Assembly (NCBI RefSeq): GCF_009834535.1
Contig: NC_045707.1
Span: forward strand, 58,654,001-58,718,000
Direction of reading: 5' to 3'
Origin: Camelus ferus
Lineage: Eukaryota
DNA: 64,000 bases
Of the stretch, positions 59,891-64,000 are shown one piece after another. Made by a program: the position numbers and the translations under genes. The notes below the pieces were generated by a model that worked only from the letters and a program-made list of their open reading frames with translations, was not told the DNA's origin and did no database searches. Every line of letters begins with the position of its first letter. Positions within the stretch are counted from its first letter, which is position 1.

Positions 59891-62800
59891 TCCCTTTCCT
59901 TTCCTAAATCTCTTCCTTTTGTATAAGAACTCTTTTAGGTCTCTGTATGAGAAAGACGCTGATCAGGAGTAAGGATAAATTATAAATTCAAGGAAAAAGG
60001 AATTTTTTTTCTCAATGGTCATTATTGTCTGTAACAGATGTCAGTCAATAATTTTGGTTTCATCAGTAACACACTATTGTCAAATGATATTATTGGGTTC
60101 CCAAAATAGTAAATGCAAATTTTCATACAAAAGGAAGTTTTTTTTGTAACAGTGTAAAGTCTTATGCAACAATGTAATAACCAAAATTTATAATTAGGCC
60201 TCTTTGCAGCGATACCCATACATCTAATTAGATCGAGTCTTGGGAAGTAGACTGGGCAGATTTATTTATTTTTTCATTATCCAGATTAAAAAATAGAGAA
60301 TCAAAGAGGTAATTGCTTAACTGTCGCTGACGGTAGATTATGTGTGTGTATTATTATCCAGTAGTAATCTAGCTGTGTAATCTTGAGTGTCATCACTTCC
60401 CCCAGGGCTTTCCACTACGCGAGGGGGAGCTGGATGAAGTCAAGATTCAAACTCCGATTTTCTAATTTCCCCCTCTGTATACGTATAATCCTTTCCACGG
60501 TGAACGTCATCCTAATGAGCTATATCAAGGTAAAATTTTAGGCAGGTAGAGAGTAAGCAGTTATTTATATAAAATTTCATTAGAGTTTTGGTTGAAGGAA
60601 GTGTAAAATTTGAGAAGAGGCTCCTTGAAGCAATCTGAGACCCTCAGTTCCTGTATAAATGCTTTCCGTTAATAGGACGCACAGGAAAAAATAGTGGGTG
60701 GTTAACAAAGCCAGAAATTTTTCCTGATTCTGTTATTAGATACAAGAGCTTGGATAAATGACTTGTCTTCTCTGTCCCTCTATAAATGAGGATATTAGGG
60801 GAGGTAATATCTATTTGGCCTAATATCTTATTTTATAGACAATTTTTTCCCTAGCTCTGTACTATTAGATATTACACACAAACACGTCTGTACTTTCTGA
60901 TTATAAAGAGTGGTTTGACTAGTTGAAATTTGTGAGGGGCAGTTACAAATAATGTCTGTTCTCTAATGAATCACAAGCTCTTTCCCAGTTAGGACCTTTC
61001 TTACTAAAAACTTCTTACTTTATTTGGTGTGCCAGGGAAGCAAGAATGTCAACAGTAGTCATGCGATGAGTGAGAACACGAACTCCCAGTGGTATTTAAA
61101 AAGGTTTAGCAAATCTAGGATAATGTGCCTAGTTTCCAAGAAGCATGCCTGAGCATATGATTTTTTTTAATGCATCGTCTTTGTAATTATTTTTTTTCCA
61201 GTCTGTTTAGAGTCAATAAAGACCTGATTGACCCATGGAGTTCTTGAAAGTACCACTAAGTGTTCAGCAGTTGAGAGGAAAATTATTAATATAAAATTCA
61301 ATCTCTAATGGCCCTCTTTCCTTATTTCTCCTTTCTTTCTTAAGCACAAAATGTTTTTGTGAAATATAAGTGCATTGGGCTCTAACGATCTCTATTAATA
61401 TTTTAATCAATTACCAAATCACTCTTAAGCTATGGACTTTGAAGTAAAATTATAAGAGGTTTGTGTGGCTTTCCTCTGTTAGACGTCTTTCATTTGTAAG
61501 ATTTGATTCAAATAGGAATTATAAGAGTTGATTTATTAGCCCTGGGCTTATAGTACAATTGTATATTCTATAGATGAAGACAAGAAAAACAGTCACTGTA
61601 TAATCCAATGTCTTCACCATGTATCATGCTTTATTCCATGTACTGACTCCCTAATGCATGAACTCTTTAGAGATTAAGATATGTATTAAGACACATTTTG
61701 ACTACACCATTTTAATTCAGAGCACTTCTCCTCATAAATATTTTATTAAGTAAAAAAAAAAAAAAAAACTATTCCTTTTTATTATTCAGGCTCAAATTGA
61801 GTCATTTTTTTCCTTACAGTTACTTATGAGTCCTTTAGCATGTAGTTGTTAAATAAAAGGCAATTAAAACCTGAAAGGAAAAACTGACCCAAACTAAAAA
61901 TTCACCAAGAAAAGGCAGTATTTCTTTCTTGGAAACATGTAGAGTGGTTTTTTTTTTTTTTTTTTAAGAGTATTCCAAATAAGCAGATCTCATCACTTAA
62001 ATCAATTCACACCAAAATATGCTATAAACCCTATTTCAATAAAATTATGAAAACTACAATTCAAATTAAATAACTTCTATAAGCCACACTGGATAAACAG
62101 ACCAAGTAAGTTACAGATAAGTCAGATCAGATAAAAAGCCACTGACGGATTTCCACAATAAAATTATGATAAAATGACTAAGAAGCTGTGAGAAGCTAGG
62201 GTAGATACTATCTGGCTCTTATAGAAAGACCTTAAAACAAATATGTATGCTTCTGTCATTTAAAACTTCAACCTTTTCCCCAATGAGTAATGTACAGTAA
62301 TGTACAAATTGAAATTATGCTTAAAAACTGGAAATATATATCAAAACAACAAAACAAAATTTCAAGAGAGGCTTGACTCCTGTGGGACGACTGCCAGGTG
62401 TTGCTATGTTTTGGCTGAGTGACTCGGCTGACACTTTGGTCAGTAAGATGTTGGGGGAGGCGGGGGGAGACGTCATAAAGAAACTGCTAATTTGAGTGAA
62501 TTGCAAGATGTGAAAATTAAATGAGCAATTTTTTTTTACATGATAGTAAAACCTGATTCTTTAATTAGCCTACTTATACCCAGAACGTGTTTGTAAACAC
62601 GTTCTGCCACCTCAAATGAGCAGTTCACATATTTGGAGTTGATTGTTTAAATCGAGAAACAGTTTTTGAAAGTTTTGAAGTATGAATTTTTATAAATATC
62701 TGACTTTAAAGCAGAAAGTCTATAGCCATCCATAAATAACCACAGCCAAAAGTGAGGTGATGTGTTTTGTGTAAAGTGAGGCATCACAGGGATAAAATCC

Positions 62801-64000
62801 TTCTCTCTCCCTGCTCCTCTCACACTTCAAAAAGGAAGAAACTAGATTTAAGACAAATTACATTTAGGTCATCATCATCCTGACTAGATTTAATCATTTA
62901 GAATTAAGATATGATTCATGCACTAAAGTCTTTTAGGTGCTAGAAAATTTGATTACATAAGTGTAATTTGTATATATCCTAGAAAAGTTATTTATGAATT
63001 TCTTTTTTATATCACATGTACATCCTTTCTATTAAACTTTATTTTGATATATATCGAGATAGAGATCTATCATTTTGTTAATTCACTACATTTTACTTTA
63101 AGTGGTCTTATTAAAAGCGATGTAACATGGGTCAGAGTGGATTTTGCTTTCCTGTATTTATTTGATTATTTGTTGACATTCACCTATTCAGAATTTCTAC
63201 ATCTAGAAAATCACTATAATGTTACTAATTCTACCAGAAAGAATGAGATCAAGAATACACTTAATTTTGTTTCATAGAAACATATTTAGGAAAGCAATTA
63301 GCACCGTCAAATAATGGCTATGTAAGGAAATACAGGTCATAATTAAGTTGTGAGTAGGTTGGAAAGAAATCTAATGAGATTAAGCTGTAAGTTTTAAAGC
63401 CTGCAGATGGTTGTCATGTTAAAATAATTCTAATTTAATGACTATAAACAAATCAAGCATACTGATTCTGCGTAAAATTTCGTTCAACGTGAAAAAAATT
63501 TGTATCACATACAGAGAATGCAAGGTGCTTTGATTAAATTTTACTTACTGCTTTTTTTCTTCAATAGAATTTAAAATGATATGATGCTAGTAAAAAAAAG
63601 TGATGAAATCAACATAAACATTTCCTGCCACATACATGTATCACAAGGATTACCCCTGGTCTCTTATCCAAGAGGATTATAGGATAAAGGATTTGCAGTG
63701 AAATGAAATTGAGTTTCAGACAGCTTCACTTGCTTAGTATGTTAGTTTCTTATCTTAGAAAGTAGAAAGGTGAATATTTCTATTAAAGATATTTGTACGG
63801 TCTTCCTATTTTATAGAAACTCAAGTATAATTGTTGTCTCATTTAAAGTACTTACTGTTCTGTAGGAATTCTGGACAGTCTTCGTTTTCTTTCCCTCAGA
63901 TTTTTTTTTTCTAAAAGGAAAAAAAACAGCATACACAGTGGTTAGGCGACTACACATAGTTCAGAATTATTTCAGATTACCATGACTATAACTGATTCAT

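Noticed and set aside
1..64000. CRISPR array, operon, prokaryotic defence system, NUMT or conserved miRNA
   Set aside because: No repeat-spacer periodicity, no long ORFs, no mitochondrial-like segment, and only short partial matches to the miRNAs I could recall; the window is ordinary repeat-rich mammalian non-coding DNA

Overview
AT-rich, CpG-depleted mammalian nuclear DNA, most likely camelid (camel/alpaca/llama). That call rests on two tRNA-derived SINEs resembling the camelid Vic-1 family, cetartiodactyl-type L1 3' ends, and the absence of Alu, B1, Bov-tA, PRE-1 or Can-SINE copies. I could not recognise any protein-coding gene, RNA gene or CpG island, and the listed ORFs look like chance ORFs or ORFs lying within repeats. 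The window reads as a large intron or intergenic interval. It is filled with ancient repeats (MIR, L2, L1M, MaLR/ERVL LTRs, hAT-Charlie MITEs) and 5'-truncated younger L1 3' ends, separated by repeat-free blocks carrying transcription-factor motif clusters. I found no convincing new biological system. The best leads are a ~105-nt strand-biased hairpin (35330-35434), two near-perfect tandem duplications that each double TF motifs, several candidate enhancers, and a few unassigned candidate exons. Repeat families were assigned from remembered consensus sequences without alignment, so boundaries are approximate.
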